A stretch of DNA of 64,000 nucleotides from Tricharina praecox (lineage: Eukaryota): contig NW_026250403.1 in assembly GCF_024521635.1 (NCBI RefSeq), positions 1,922,001 through 1,986,000 on the forward strand, in the 5' to 3' direction. Below, in pieces: positions 14,605-27,404 of the stretch. Under the pieces are notes generated by a model. It searched no databases, was not told the DNA's origin, and saw only the letters and a program-made list of their open reading frames with translations. The stretch's first letter is position 1; each line of letters opens with the position of its first letter. The position numbers were made by a program, and so were the translations under genes.

Positions 14605-15410
14605 CTTGGGGGTACGAACTGGTGGTGTGTTGGAGTTCAATCACTCAATGGTGTTCTGGATATCGCGTACGTGTAGGAGTGAGACGAGTAAAGTAATGGG
14701 GGGTTGTGGTGGTGGTGGAGAGTAGAAGGTGATATGCGACGAAGAGCGTGCGTGTTGTTGTTTGTTGTCGGGGGAAGACGCGATGAGGGAGGTTGGTTGC
14801 GTGTTGTGGTGGAAAAGGCAGGGAAAGTTTGAATGAACAAAGATAGAAGGAAAAGAAGGGGGAGTGTGTCTTGTTCGTGAAAGACCTTCGTTGCCGAGTG
14901 AGAAGTGAGTGTTCCTTCTTTCTTCCGTTCGCGTGTTGTCCGGGAGGAAGAAGAAGAGAGGTGGTTATAGCGGTAGTGGAAGGGTGGTGATGATGATGTT
15001 GTAGGCTAGCTTGAGTTTGAAGCCAGCGAACAGGCAGTCAGCGACAAAGCGCGAAGGAAGACGTCTTGGCGTCAGCGGACTTACTGTAAGACCCACCAGA
15101 ATGAGGTTGAATAGGGTTGATAGCGAGAAAGATGTATCGATCATGGCAACCGGTTGACTCTGAACCCTAATGTGAATAGCTTTGAGAGTCTGTTTAGACT
15201 CGGGCCATAACAGTATCAATCGCTCTCGGCTCCGCCTATATATGGAGGCTCTTTTCAACGGTGGTGATGGCATCTCCTTGTCTCTCTCCGCCAAGCTCAC
15301 CTCACCCCATGCTCTAAAGGACAGCTAGACAGCCGAGCCGCACCACTTCGACACCTCATCTCGAAACACGACACCGACCGCCACATCGTGGGCAACCACC
15401 AATCGCCAAA

Positions 15411-16172
15411 ATGCAACAGCCTGGCTTCCACCACACGCCGATAACGCGCACCCTCCTCTTCACTCTCATCTCAACCAGCCTGCTCAGCACCCTCACCTCG
15501 ACGAAACCGTACTTCCACCTCCAAATCCACCCACACATCCTGGGGCAGCACCAATTCAGTCGGATACCGCTCTTCCAGCTTCTCTACGCGAACTCGGGGG
15601 AGCTCCTCTTCGCCTCGCTGCTGCTATACCACCTCCGGCTCCTCGAGCGCCTCTTCGGCTCACGGAAGTACCTCAGCCTTCTCATCTACACCTATGCGGC
15701 CACAAGTCTCGCCGTACCGGCGGTATTATTCCTCGGCTGGGGCGTGACCCGTGGAAGGTGGAACTACGTACCGCCTGGGCCCACGCCACTCCTGTTTGCG
15801 CTGCTGGCGCAGTATCACGCCGCGGTACCGGGGACATACAAGTTTGGTGTGGTACTACCCGGAGGCGCGGGAGAGCTAAATGGGAGCGATAAGGTGTATG
15901 CATACATCCTAGCACTACAGTTGGCTGCGTGTCAATTGCCCGGGAGTGCGGCGGCTGCGGCGGTGGGGTGGGTTGTGGGTTATGCGTGGAGGTTGGATTT
16001 GCTGCCGAAGACAAGGTGGAGGGTCGGACGGTGGGCAGTTAGGATGTTGGGGGGGCAGGACGAGGGCAGGGAGTTTGAGGGATTGAGAAGGCGGTTGCGA
16101 GGGGAATTGCCGGAGGAGGAAGGCGCCGGTCCGATCGTTTGGAGGGTGTTGGGTCAGTTTCGGGGTAGGTGA
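15411..16172 (+). CDS. Dsc2/Ucp14 (UBAC2-like) rhomboid-pseudoprotease membrane protein of the DSC ligase complex
   Basis: Intronless 253-aa multi-TM ORF with GFHHTPITRTLL, LRLLERLFGSRKY, PPGPTPLLFALLAQYH and SDKVYAYILALQLA motifs typical of fungal Dsc2. Confidence 0.75.
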   Translation: MQQPGFHHTPITRTLLFTLISTSLLSTLTSTKPYFHLQIHPHILGQHQFSRIPLFQLLYANSGELLFASLLLYHLRLLERLFGSRKYLSLLIYTYAATSLAVPAVLFLGWGVTRGRWNYVPPGPTPLLFALLAQYHAAVPGTYKFGVVLPGGAGELNGSDKVYAYILALQLAACQLPGSAAAAAVGWVVGYAWRLDLLPKTRWRVGRWAVRMLGGQDEGREFEGLRRRLRGELPEEEGAGPIVWRVLGQFRGR

Positions 16173-16592
16173 TAGGGTTGCGATACCGTGCTGTTTATGT
16201 TCTTGCTTCTGTCGTGATGTATATAATACGCCTTTGTACTCCATGTAGATTTAGTACAGTGATATTGTTTTATTTGAAAATGAGGCCCATAACACTTCTG
16301 ACCTGGCAGCAATGGAAAAGGAAAACGACTTCTGGAGTTCTTCACGTATTCCTCGTGCACAGCATCTCATCCAAGAACTTTAGAAAACCAAATTAATCGA
16401 ATACAAGTACTGAACAGCACAGACAGCACAGCAATGAGCGCCGTAACAAACCCAGGGCGCAGCAGCCATGCATGCAATTAAAAACACGAAACGAAGATAC
16501 ACGAACCCGAATGCATACCCGCTGTAAAAGAAGTCCCATCATACGCCTCCTCCTTCAGCCCAGTCTTTCCTCTCTGCCCATTGTTCACCCAT

Positions 16593-19392
16593 TTAGTATT
16601 GCGGTGTTCCCCTGCCCGACAATCCTTGTTTCGCCTTCATTTGCTGTCCCCATCGTAACCCATTAGCAACCAAGTCCATACAATCACAAAAAAACACCAG
16701 CACAATGCCTACCTCGATCCTCAACTTCAACTGGCTCGTAACCTCAGCGGCCCTCTTCCAGCTCTCATGGTCGCCACTCGCCGAACTGGCCCTTCCGCTC
16801 TCGCTCCTCAGTCCGGGACTCAGCGCACCGGCCCTTCCGTTCTCCTTCTCGTCGCCTTGGTTGGTGGACGCAAAACTCATCCTATTACTATTCCGTGACA
16901 TAGATGACTCGCGGTGATTGAAGCCATTCATGTGCATGATGTGGTCGCTGATGTCGGTGGGTGCAGGGGAACTTGGTCTGACGGCACGCTGAAGTTCTCG
17001 CTTCAATCGCTCGATCTCGCGCTTCTGCTTGGAAACCTCCTCCTGTGCAGAGTCGGCATCGGCGCGGGCACGGACCAATTGTGCCTCTTTGGAGCGGATG
17101 GCGAGGTTGTCACGAGTGTGGTCTTCGATCAACTGAGCATTCTGATGTACGGTTACTTGTTAGCATGGTGTTGATTTTGGAGTAAGTGGTGAGCATACCT
17201 GGAGTTGAAGATCGTTGATCTCTTGCATTAACTTGGCCCTCTCAAGGTGGCCCTCTCTCTTCTCTTTCTCCCATCTCTCACGCTCTGCCCTCAATTCCTC
17301 CAGTTCTGCCTTGTCAATAGCGATCTGCGGGTCAACCCTCACCGGAGCGGCAGCAACAGAAGGCTCCTTTGACAACGGACGACCGGCCAAGCCTTTTCCA
17401 ACGCCCAACCTGTTCGGCGGAGCAGCTGGTGCGGGCTCTTCCTCCTCGTACTCGCGTGGCAGAGCTCGCTTCGGTGAAGGGGGTCCTTTCTTTAACCTGG
17501 ATCCACCAAGCCCTCCCTTAGGTGCCATTTTGCTTCCAGGAGCAGCAAGCCCTCGCCCTGCTGGCTTGGGCGGGGCGTACTCTTCAGCTGGCGGAGCAGC
17601 AGCAGGTGCCTTCTTTTTCAAACCGGGCTTGGAACCTAGCTTTCTCGGAGGTGCCTTTGGCGCTGGCGGAGGTGCAACGGGCTTCGGCTTCTCCTTTGCC
17701 TTGACTTGGGCAGTCTCGAAGAACTCCTTGATTTTAGTCTTTCTGATCTCATCCAGGCCTTCCATATGTGGGTTCATCGCCCGCTCGCCGATAATCTTCA
17801 TCAGTGTTCCCATTGCTTCGGCGGCACAGTCACGCATAGGAGCGGATGTATCAGTGAGTAGACGTGCAGAATTGTCGGCAATCAGCTTCTGTTCCGGCTT
17901 CGAAGGAACGTCCCTTGTCGTTCGCAGACAGCGAATGAGGAAGCGCATGGTCTCGAGCTTGACGTTAGGGTTCTTGTGTTTGGTGTTTTCAATGATATCT
18001 TCGAGACAGTCGGTGAGAGATGTCTAAACACCAACAATCAGTAAATTCAATCCCCGAATTGGGTCGGAAGGCATACCGAGTTGAAAATGGCGTCCAAGGC
18101 CTTCCCTAGTGCATCGATAACACCCTGCTTCTTCTCCTTTAGTCTGTCCAGCGCGGGACCAAGCACAGTTGACTTGTGCTTCATAAAGCCCTTACGCAGA
18201 CCGTTCGCCATAGCCTCAATACAGTTCGCAGCAACGGTAGCCACAGCGACGTTTGCATCTTTCATGCACTTCCCCAGCGCTCTGATTATATCATCGTAGT
18301 GTCCTTCCTTGATCCTTGGAACGTTCGCTTCCGCATAGAGGCCATCCAGGGCATCTTTCCGATCCTTCCACTTGGTCGAGGCAACCTGCTCCAAGAAGTT
18401 TTCGGGAAGCTTCGCATTGATATCCACCGGCTCAGCCAGGTCGAACGCATCAACCTCTTCGGGTTCTTCCTCAACCTCGGGTTCAATTGTCTCCCCGGCC
18501 GCCTCTGCCGCAGCCACCACAGCCTGTTGTGACCGCAGGAGGCGCTCTGCCTTTGGCGATTCGCCCTTCACTTTCTCGAAAGCTTCTTCCAACTCTTTCT
18601 GTTGCGCGGGCTTCAGGTCATTAAAGAACATGGGCTTCATGGCATCCTTGAGCCATTTGTAAAGTTCGATAGTAAGCTTAGTGGATTCCGCTCTAACGTT
18701 CTTGTCGGAATGGCCGAACAATTTGGGAAGCTGTTTCAACACCGGCTTGGGGTCTACTGTCCGTGCACCGAAAGCCGAGTAGATTGACGTGAGAGCGACT
18801 AGCGTGGCGGCGATGAGCTTTGGCAGTTTGTGGGCTAGAAACGGAAGCAACTGCTCTATCACAGGCGCGGGGGTATCCAGCTCAACGAGAAGTAACAGCG
18901 CCTCGGTCGCACTTGCTTTTGTGGCAGCACGAGTCGAGGGAAGACCTTTCTCCACCAGTCCACTGATGACATGACTCCGCGTCCTGCTGGATGTCAGCAC
19001 CTTCTTTTCTGTTGCCGTCGACGGGAAATAGATGAGTAACATACCGTGAACAAGCACTTGCTCCTCCATATTTCAGGAAAGCACACAAAGCTGCGATACC
19101 CTCCTGCTGCGCGGCAACGTTTGAATCGGTAGCCGCCTTTGTCCATAGACCCGGGTCCATCATCCATGGTGTGAAGCACGCCGCCGACTCATCTGGCGAG
19201 CTCTCGAACTCTCTACCAGTGCATCACCGTCAGTACTGTTTCCTATCGCTGACAGCACGCTGCCGAAGCAAGGGGGTTGACGTGAACGTACTTTACAGCC
19301 GCCTCATACGCTTCCTTGCGGACCTTCCATTGCTTGTGCACTGCTCTGTCGACGAGTGGGAGGGAAGAGAAGTCTGGCTCTTCGTCGGCCAT
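16593..19392 (-). CDS. STU2: XMAP215/Dis1-family TOG-domain microtubule polymerase (Stu2/Alp14), multi-exon
   Basis: ATG at 19392 (MADEEPDFSSLPLVDRAVHKQWKVRKEAYE). TOG motifs include DSNVAAQQEG, LPKLFGHSDKNVR, STKWKDRKDAL and DANVAVATVAANC. A basic linker, coiled coil and WKRAAEVTSQLKLRIE tail follow, with several short introns. Confidence 0.92.
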
Positions 19393-19938
19393 GCTGTGTT
19401 AGGTACTTTGTCTGGGGTGGTTTCTTTTGTGGTAAGGGTTCGTTGGTAGTTCGGAGTAGGCGTTGTGTTGTAAGTAGAGAAGGTGGGGAGCGTGATCTTT
19501 TGGCGATGCTTTTGGTCGCAACCCGCGAGCGAACGAAGCGACAAAAACAACAAAACAACATGGGTGCTTGCCAAGACTGAACTGGCTGGTGGCAACAAGA
19601 GAGAAATATAAAAAGATAATTTGAGGTGTCCCTTCTTTGTCTGCGTACTTAGGATTTGCATATTTCTGTTCTCGTGACGGGGCGATAGGAGAAGAAAGGA
19701 ATTCCTTTGTTTCTTCTCTTCGTCTTCAGGGCTCTTCTCTGATTTTGAGAGTTCCTGTCCCTCTTCGAGCAGCCGGGTAATCCATCACCAGCCACATTTA
19801 TCGAGGCGCACTGGCCTCTGTTAGCCACAAGTTACACGTCTTCTCCTCCTGCTTCTCGCCTCTTCTTCTGGCTGAGCTCAGGACTTTCCTCAGCAACCGC
19901 ACGCCACCACCCCAATCATCCCTACCACAATTAACACC

Positions 19939-21387
19939 ATGTCGTCCTCGAGATCTAGCAAGCTCCCCGAAAAGCAATCGCGCAACGAATACATCCCTCA
20001 CTTCATCGCCAAAAAACCCTTCTACATTGACGATGACCAAGAAGGCGATTACCTCGAGCATCAACGTCTTCAGAAAGCCCAAGAAGCGGACCTCTCCACC
20101 GCAAAATGGTACGACCGCGGACGGAAAACCGGCCCAGCAGCGACGAAATACCGCAAGGGTGCGTGCGAGAACTGCGGAGCCATGACCCACAAGCGCGCGG
20201 AGTGTCTTTCGCGCCCAAGGAAACTCGGCGCGAAGTGGACGGGGCAGGATATCGAGGCAGATGAGGTCGTTGAGGATGTGGATTTGTCGTGGGACGGGAA
20301 GCGAGATCGGTGGAATGGGTATGATCCGAAGGAGCACCGGCGCGTGGTCGAGGAGCATGCGAGGCTGGAGATTTTGAGGAAGGAGGCCGCCGGTGAACCG
20401 GAAGAGGTCGATGAAGCAGATATGGACAAGTACGCGGAAGAATCGGAGATGCCAGGACAAGCGTACGATGCTGCGAGCAGGATCTCGACACGAAACCTGC
20501 GAATCCGAGAAGATACGGCGAAATACTTGCTCAATCTCGACCTCGACTCAGCACGATACGACCCTAAGACTAGGACTATGGTTGATAAAGGTGCCACTTC
20601 AGATCGTGCCGCTGCCATGGTGGCCGAGGAAGACTTTATCAGATCTTCGGGCGACGCGGCAGAGTTTGAGCGGTTGCAACGTACGGCATGGGAGACGCAG
20701 GAGCGCGGCGACAAGAACAAGCTGCATTTACAGGCCAATCCCACGGAAGCAGAGGCGCTGCGGAAGAAGCTGGAGAGGGAGAAGGCTGAGGCGGCGGAAA
20801 AGAAGAGGAAGGAGTTGCTGGCCAAGTACGGTGGAGCCGAGCACCTGAAAAAGAAGCCGGAGATGGAGGAGGAGGAACGGTACGTCGAGTATACTGAATC
20901 CGGCGACGTCAAGGGCGTGAAGAAGGTTAAGGCCAAGTCAAAATACGTCGAAGACAAGTACAACGGGAATCATACGAGTGTCTGGGGAAGTTGGTGGGAC
21001 AACTTCAAGTGGGGATACGCGTGCTGTCACTCGACCATCAAGAAGAGTTATTGTTCTGGACAGGATGGAATCGTTGCTGCGGATATGGCCAACAAGATGC
21101 GATTAGGCTTGATACCGGCAGCGACAAGGGCGCCTGTGGAGGAGGAGGAGCCGAAGATGATCAAGCAAATTGAAGACCGGAAACCACGCGAGGACGATGC
21201 TGAGCCGAGTGGAAGTGGGCTGGCAGCACGAGGCGGCGGAGGGAAGACGGTCGAAGGCGAGGAGAAAGAAGGCAAGCGAAAGCTGGAGCATATGTTAGGT
21301 GGTGTTACCGAGGACGATATGGAGGCGTACCGCAAACAAAAGCGGTTACACGATGACCCCATGGCGAGTTTTGTAGATACTGTTTGA
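19939..21387 (+). CDS. SLU7: Pre-mRNA splicing factor Slu7
   Basis: NEYIPHFI, zinc knuckle [68 protein letters not shown]. Confidence 0.96.
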   Translation: MSSSRSSKLPEKQSRNEYIPHFIAKKPFYIDDDQEGDYLEHQRLQKAQEADLSTAKWYDRGRKTGPAATKYRKGACENCGAMTHKRAECLSRPRKLGAKWTGQDIEADEVVEDVDLSWDGKRDRWNGYDPKEHRRVVEEHARLEILRKEAAGEPEEVDEADMDKYAEESEMPGQAYDAASRISTRNLRIREDTAKYLLNLDLDSARYDPKTRTMVDKGATSDRAAAMVAEEDFIRSSGDAAEFERLQRTAWETQERGDKNKLHLQANPTEAEALRKKLEREKAEAAEKKRKELLAKYGGAEHLKKKPEMEEEERYVEYTESGDVKGVKKVKAKSKYVEDKYNGNHTSVWGSWWDNFKWGYACCHSTIKKSYCSGQDGIVAADMANKMRLGLIPAATRAPVEEEEPKMIKQIEDRKPREDDAEPSGSGLAARGGGGKTVEGEEKEGKRKLEHMLGGVTEDDMEAYRKQKRLHDDPMASFVDTV

Positions 21388-22362
21388 GCGAGGATGTTCT
21401 TGTGTAGTATTATATCTTTTAATTTCTGTGCCTGCCGATGTTGAATCGTACTCATCCATTGCTGCAGTGACAGACACTCAAGATCGGCCCCGTGAGTCGT
21501 CAAATTTGACCAGATGACTATCCGGACATCAATTCGCCAACAATGAAGTCCGTATTCTTTGTAAGGTGAAACATCTGTACGACCGACGTTGGCTTGTCTT
21601 AGGCTATGCTCCATGCCGGTTTTTTTTTGACACTAAACGGTGCGGGCATCTGCGGATTGCGTCCCTAGGCTCGGGAAAGAGTTGCACAATTCAGCCTGGA
21701 TAATTCTGTGCTGAACGGTCAGAATAGACAGCAGAACAAGGTTCTTACCGGGGTGGATGAAGTTGGCTGACTTCGCAGTGCCGGGTGATATCCTATGAAG
21801 CGCCGCAGGAACCAGAAGCATCGCACACAAAGGTGAAACCTTTACCTCTCACTTCACGCTTTTGTGTCACCATGTATCTAGAACTTGAAATTAGTCCCTC
21901 CAACTTGGGAAGTCAATGGAAGGGTACTGGCTCATGCTGACCCACGTTGTCTAACAACCGTGTCCGACACAGCCCATTCGTTCCGAACACAAACCGGGTT
22001 AAAGGTATCATGATGGACAGCGTGTAAAAACAACTTTCAGCCCTCAAATCCAGCCAATCGAAAAACCGACAGTCATCAGTCTGCGGTGTTACTATCACCT
22101 AAATTCTCTGATCTTGATAGCGAGCTTGGTTTCTCATTCCTGGTTTCTATGGGTGTGGCTCGTTCCTGATTGATTGTGCAGCACCGTCAGTTCTACGTCA
22201 TCGCACATAGAAATTCGGCTGAGCTTAACCCAACCTCGCAGCGAGACAACTCACCCAGGCAGCAACACCCCGAATAATCATCCACGAAGAATAACACTCA
22301 CGAAGAGCCCTGAGTGACGAGCACACGAGATACCCATTACTTTCACCTTTCTTCCTGAGGCC

Positions 22363-24433
22363 ATGGACCTCCAATCGACTGCCCTTCACACTATCTGCTC
22401 TCTGAGCTCCACCGTGCTGCGGGTAGCTGCCTACATATTTCTGCGTTGGGTAGGTTTGAGGTTCCGACGGAAACTTTCACGTATCAAATCTGACATTGTG
22501 GTGTTCTACAGATACCGGGCCATGTAAGTTCTCGGGAAGGGCTTGAACAATAGACGAAAGCAAACTTACACTGCATTGATAGGGCTTTCCTCCTGCAATC
22601 TTCACAGCCTTCGGTATCTACGTGTCTGTGTTCGCTATTCTCTACCTATCCAAGTCCGCGTACAAGGTCACTGCCACTGCGAAGACGGTAACCGTCACGC
22701 AACCAGATGATGTTGAAGTGACCGACGACGGTGAAACCACCGCCCTCCTCATCAAGCCACCGCCTTCTATTGAAGCTACCGAGACGATAATCTACAAACG
22801 CAAAGATCCCCACCCCGTACGCACGCTCCTCTTCGGGCTTCCCTCCCCGTCCAACGGAAAGCTATCGCTGGTAACTTTCGGCATCAACGCGCTCCTCGCA
22901 CTCGCGTCGTGGGATTTGACGTTCCGCTCGCACCTCTTTCACCCTCAACAGGATCTTTCGTTCTCGCGCATCGGCTACGTTGGCCCCAACTCGGCCAAGT
23001 TGCTCGTCCGCGAGCCTCGCTTTGAGAATTGGCCGTTGACGGTTTGGTATGCGCCAGAAGAGCCGGCAGTTAAGCGCACGCATCTGGTTGATGTGATCCC
23101 GTCGTTTTCCAACGAGACGGACTTCACCAAGGCTGTTGCTATCCGCAAGCTGCAGCCTGAGACGAAATATCGCTATTTCACGTCTTCGAACCAAACTGGC
23201 ACTTTCACCACTGCGCCGAAGCTCGGAGAGCCTCCTAAGAATGGAAAGTTCACTTTCTTGAGCTCATCTTGCATCAAGCCGCGCTTTCCCTATTCGCCAT
23301 TCCATCATCCACTGTCCATCAATGGCTTCAAAGTCCTCGGCAAATTGGTGGACGAGCTGCAAGCTAGCTTTATGCTTTTCCTTGGTGACTTTATCTACAT
23401 TGATGTAGGTTCCCCACTACGCTGTTCTGCCACCATCTAACCTTCTACAGGTCCCTAGAAGACCGGGAACTGATGTTGAGTCCTACCGTCAACACTACCG
23501 CCAAGTTTACGGCTCCCCAGATTGGGGTACCGTAGGCGACCATCTCCCATGGATCCACGTGATCGATGACCACGAGATTGCAAACGACTGGGACCAGGGA
23601 ACAGCTGGGGTCTTCAACGCCGCCATGGACCCCTTCCTCCACTACCAACACGCCGTTAACCCTCCGGCTGTTCGCCAAGGTGGCGAGACTTACTACTCGT
23701 TCACTTGGGGTTCTTCAGCCAGCTTCTTCATGATTGACACTCGTACCTATAGAGATCCAAACCATCTTCCTGATGGCCCCGAGAAGTCCATGCTGGGCGC
23801 CACACAACGGCAGGACCTCATAAACTGGCTTACAAAAGACGACGGCGGCGCTGATCACGGCCACGGCGAGGAAGTTCAGTGGAAATTCATCATCTCCTCA
23901 GTCCCCTTCACCAAGAATTGGCACTTTGGCGAAAATGATACTTGGGCTGGATACCTCTGGGAGCGCCAGCAGATCCTTGAGGCAGCCTGGAGTATCGGTG
24001 GCCGTAGCGGTGTGGTTATCTTGAGCGGTGATAGACATGAGTTTGCGGCTACTAAATTCCCGCCGCCGGAGGGAAGCCGCTGGGCCAGGGAGAAGGGACG
24101 CGAGGTTGCTGTGCACGAGTTCTCGTGCAGTCCGTTGAGCCAATTCTACCTGCCCCTCAGGACCTACAAGCAAACCGACGAGGAGGACATCGCCATTAAG
24201 TGAGTGACATCACCGCTTTTTCCGCTGTCTCACCAGAGCTAACGTTTGCTAGGTACATTCCGGATGGAAACTCAAAGTTCGGCGCTATCACCATTGACAC
24301 CACGAATCAGGAACAAGCAGTACTCAAGTACCGACTTTTTGTGGACGGAGAGGAAGTGTGGAGCTGGGTTCTTACCGCACCTGCTAGGGGCAAGAAGGCG
24401 GCTGTCAAGCAGAGAGATAGACTGTGGGCGTAG
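22363..24433 (+). CDS. PhoD-like (alkaline phosphatase D family) metallophosphatase with N-terminal membrane segments; multi-exon including a 12-nt microexon
   Basis: Exons 22363-22449, 22512-22523 and 22583-~23404, then further exons. PhoD motifs FMLFLGDFIYID, DDHEIANDW, FMIDTRTYR, SSVPF, DTWAGY and LSGDRHE. Confidence 0.88.
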
Positions 24434-24855
24434 ATCTGACCACAGAATTTTCTTTCGGGGGGTTTTCTTTCTATGCGTCGATTTCGGATTGCTTCTGGTG
24501 CTTTGCTCAAGGGGTCGGATTTGTTGTTATTTTGGGGATAGGGAATTGAAATAACCCGGTTTTAATGAGGACTTGGCGGTGTGATTGGGCCAGGTCGCAG
24601 TCAATGGTGTCTTTAAACCTGCTTGGACTGTGGCAAGAAGAGAGGGTGCGAGCAGAAGGCACGCGGTGGATGTAGGGCGTTGTCGGGTGCAGACTCGGGC
24701 CGGACTGGACAGACGGTTTCAGCTCGTCCACGGTCCGGTCCTTCAACATTTTTGGGACCATCAAAAAAATATTAATTGCTAGTGGCGATTTGTATCTCAG
24801 CTCGGATTCACTCACATAGCTGAGTTAGCTTGCAAGCAAAAGGCATGAGAGATGA

Positions 24856-24941
24856 TTCCGTTACGGGGAATTGAACCCCGGTCTGGCCGGTTTAATGCTC
24901 TGCTTGAGAGCGGCCGATGCTAGCCACTACACCATAACGGA
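24856..24941 (-). tRNA. tRNA-Glu(CTC) with a 14-nt intron
   Basis: Reverse complement folds as TCCGTTA..TAACGGA acceptor stem, D arm GTGT-AGTGGCTA-GCAT, anticodon stem GGCCG/CGGCC with CTC, intron AGCAGAGCATTAAA after position 37, and T arm CGGGG-TTCAATT-CCCCG. Confidence 0.95.
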
Positions 24942-25237
24942 TTCTACATTAGTCATACTCATCAAGCGCACATATTGTCCTTTACTTTGGACGTCTAAAC
25001 GATGTGCCATATCTATCGGGGGGTATATTCTGGGCACATACGTGAGAGTTGAAGATCAGTCTTCTTATGCTGTTGTCTCTGGATGCGACTCGAAGGGCCT
25101 CATGAGTAACTGTCGATTATTTTTGTATGTGAGTGATCTTCATGTCCCGGCAACTTCCGAGCACCCACAGCGTCATCCCACTTTGCATGTGTAGAGTACC
25201 CCACTAGGTATCCCCCACCCCACTCCCGATAACAACA

Positions 25238-27404
25238 ATGGACATCCAGCTGTTTGCTACCACACAGCTCAACCTCCTCCAGGCGGAGCACGCAGCCGAA
25301 GTCCTCGAGCAAACCACATTAATAACCTCGCTTCCACCGGCCTCGCTACAGCGGCATGGTCTCGCACTTCTCAACTTGTCGATATCGACGCAGAGCACAG
25401 GATTAGGCGGCAGGACGGTGTTAGAGCTCGAGCCCGATGCGGCGTTGACGAGCGACGGGAAATTCCCCACGCATGGCCTTCGAAGCGGGGATCTGGTGCG
25501 TGTCGAGGAGCAGCCGGGCGGCACGGCGAAGAAGAGGGAGAAGGCGGAGCTACGCGCAAAAGGCGTGGAGGGTGTTGTCCACCGAGTTTCGGAGACGCGA
25601 TTTGTGGTTGCTGTTGGTGGGAAAAAGGAACAGGATGATGATGCGGGGGTGGAGGCGCTGGTGACGGGTGGAAAGAGGCTCTGGGCGGTCAAGTTGGCCA
25701 ATGAGATGACGCATCGCAGGATGGTAAAGACTATGGACATGCTGCGGGAGCGGGGGGAGCGAGGGACTGCCGAGGGACTGGTTAGAGTGCTTTTTGGGCT
25801 TTCGGATCCAGCTCCCTTGGAGGATGTGCCAGAGGTGAAGTGGTTGGGCGAGGGGTTGAATCAGAGCCAGAAGGAGGCGGTGAAGTTTGCGCTGGGAAGT
25901 AGGGATATTGGTGGGTGGTGATGCGTGGGATTGTGTGGGCGGATGATTATTGACAGTGATACAGCGTTGATACACGGCCCACCGGGGACGGGAAAGACGC
26001 AGACGCTTCTAGAGATCATTCGACAGCTGGTTTTGCAGACACCTCCGAAGCGGGTGCTCGTGTGTGGGCCGTCAAATATCTCCGTTGACAACATCGCCCT
26101 CCGACTACCACCGGACCTATCAATAGTCCGACTCGGACACCCAGCGCGTTTGCTACCCCGTGTGTTGGCAAGATCACTAGATGTTCTCACACAGACCAGC
26201 GGAGCCGGCGAAATCGTCAAAGACGTTCGCCAAGAACTCGATTCAATGATAGCGAAGCTCGCAATAGGCGGGAAGAACCGGATCCGAGGGAAGGAGCGCA
26301 AGGAAGGGTGGGATCAAGTGCGGCATCTACGTGGGGAATTTCGGTTCCGAGAAGGAAAGGCTACTCGCGACCTGGTCGCTTCCAGCAAGGTTTACTGTCC
26401 CTGGCAGCCATCGTGGATATTGCTAATGATGCGGTCATTAGGTGGTGTTGTCGACGCTCCATGGTGCGGGCGGGTACCAGCTCCGTGGGGAGAAGTTTGA
26501 TGTCGTTATCATCGATGAAGGATCGCAAGCTCTGGAAGCACAATGCTGGATCCCGCTGTTCCTTTCAACCGGAGTCTCCAAGTTAATCCTGGCTGGAGAT
26601 CACCTGCAGCTTCCCCCCACTGTAAAATCCACCGCGAAGGAGCCACCGAAGATATCCCAGCCGAAAGAGAAGCGGTTCCGCATCCCCACTTCATTGGAAG
26701 ACACACTCTTTTTTCGACTTCTGAATCTTCACGGTAATGAAATCAAGCGGCTGCTGAATGTACAGTACCGGATGCACGAGGACATCATGCACTTTCCATC
26801 CAAATATCTGTACGACTCAAAGCTAGTTGCCGATACCTCAGTCGCAAAGCGACTTCTCAAAGACCTTCCCGACGTCGAAGAAAACGAAGACACCAGTCTT
26901 CCCGTCCTATTTATCGACACCCAAGGCGGCGACTTCCCGGAGTCCGTGGCCACAGACGAGTCCAAGAAACCCAGCATATCCTCCTCCCACTCCAACCCTC
27001 TCGAAGCCGCCCTAACGATAAAATATGTCCGCTCGCTCATCGCCGCAGGCGTGAAAGACACCGATATTGCAGTGATCACTCCATACAATGGCCAACTGTC
27101 GCTCCTCTCTTCTGCGCTCCGTCCGGATTTTCCCGGGCTGGAATTGGGGAGTGTTGATGGCTTCCAGGGAAGAGAGAAGGAGGCCATTGTATTCAGTCTT
27201 GTCCGAAGTAATGATAAGCGCGAGGCTGGGTTTCTACGAGAGGGGAGACGATTGAATGTCGCCATGACGCGCGCGAGACGACACTTGTGTGTTATCGGAG
27301 ACGCGGAGACGGTGAAGCATGCGGGCGGCTTCCTTAGGGAGTGGGTTAAGTGGGTTGAGGAAGGGGGCGAGGTGAGATATCCGGATGTGGCGGATGTGTT
27401 GTAG
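25238..27404 (+). CDS. HCS1: Hcs1/IGHMBP2 (SMUBP-2) Upf1-like SF1 helicase; 3 exons
   Basis: LNQSQKEAV, IHGPPGTGKT, CGPSNISVDN, VIIDEGSQ, LAGDHLQLPP, QYRMH, SVDGFQGREKE, RRLNVAMTRARR. Introns at ~25910-25957 and ~26390-26441. Confidence 0.92.

Noticed and set aside
8259-21614. Numerous long antisense ORFs over MLP1, STU2 and SLU7 (similar ones occur over KGD1)
   Set aside because: Shadow ORFs caused by codon bias of the real genes.
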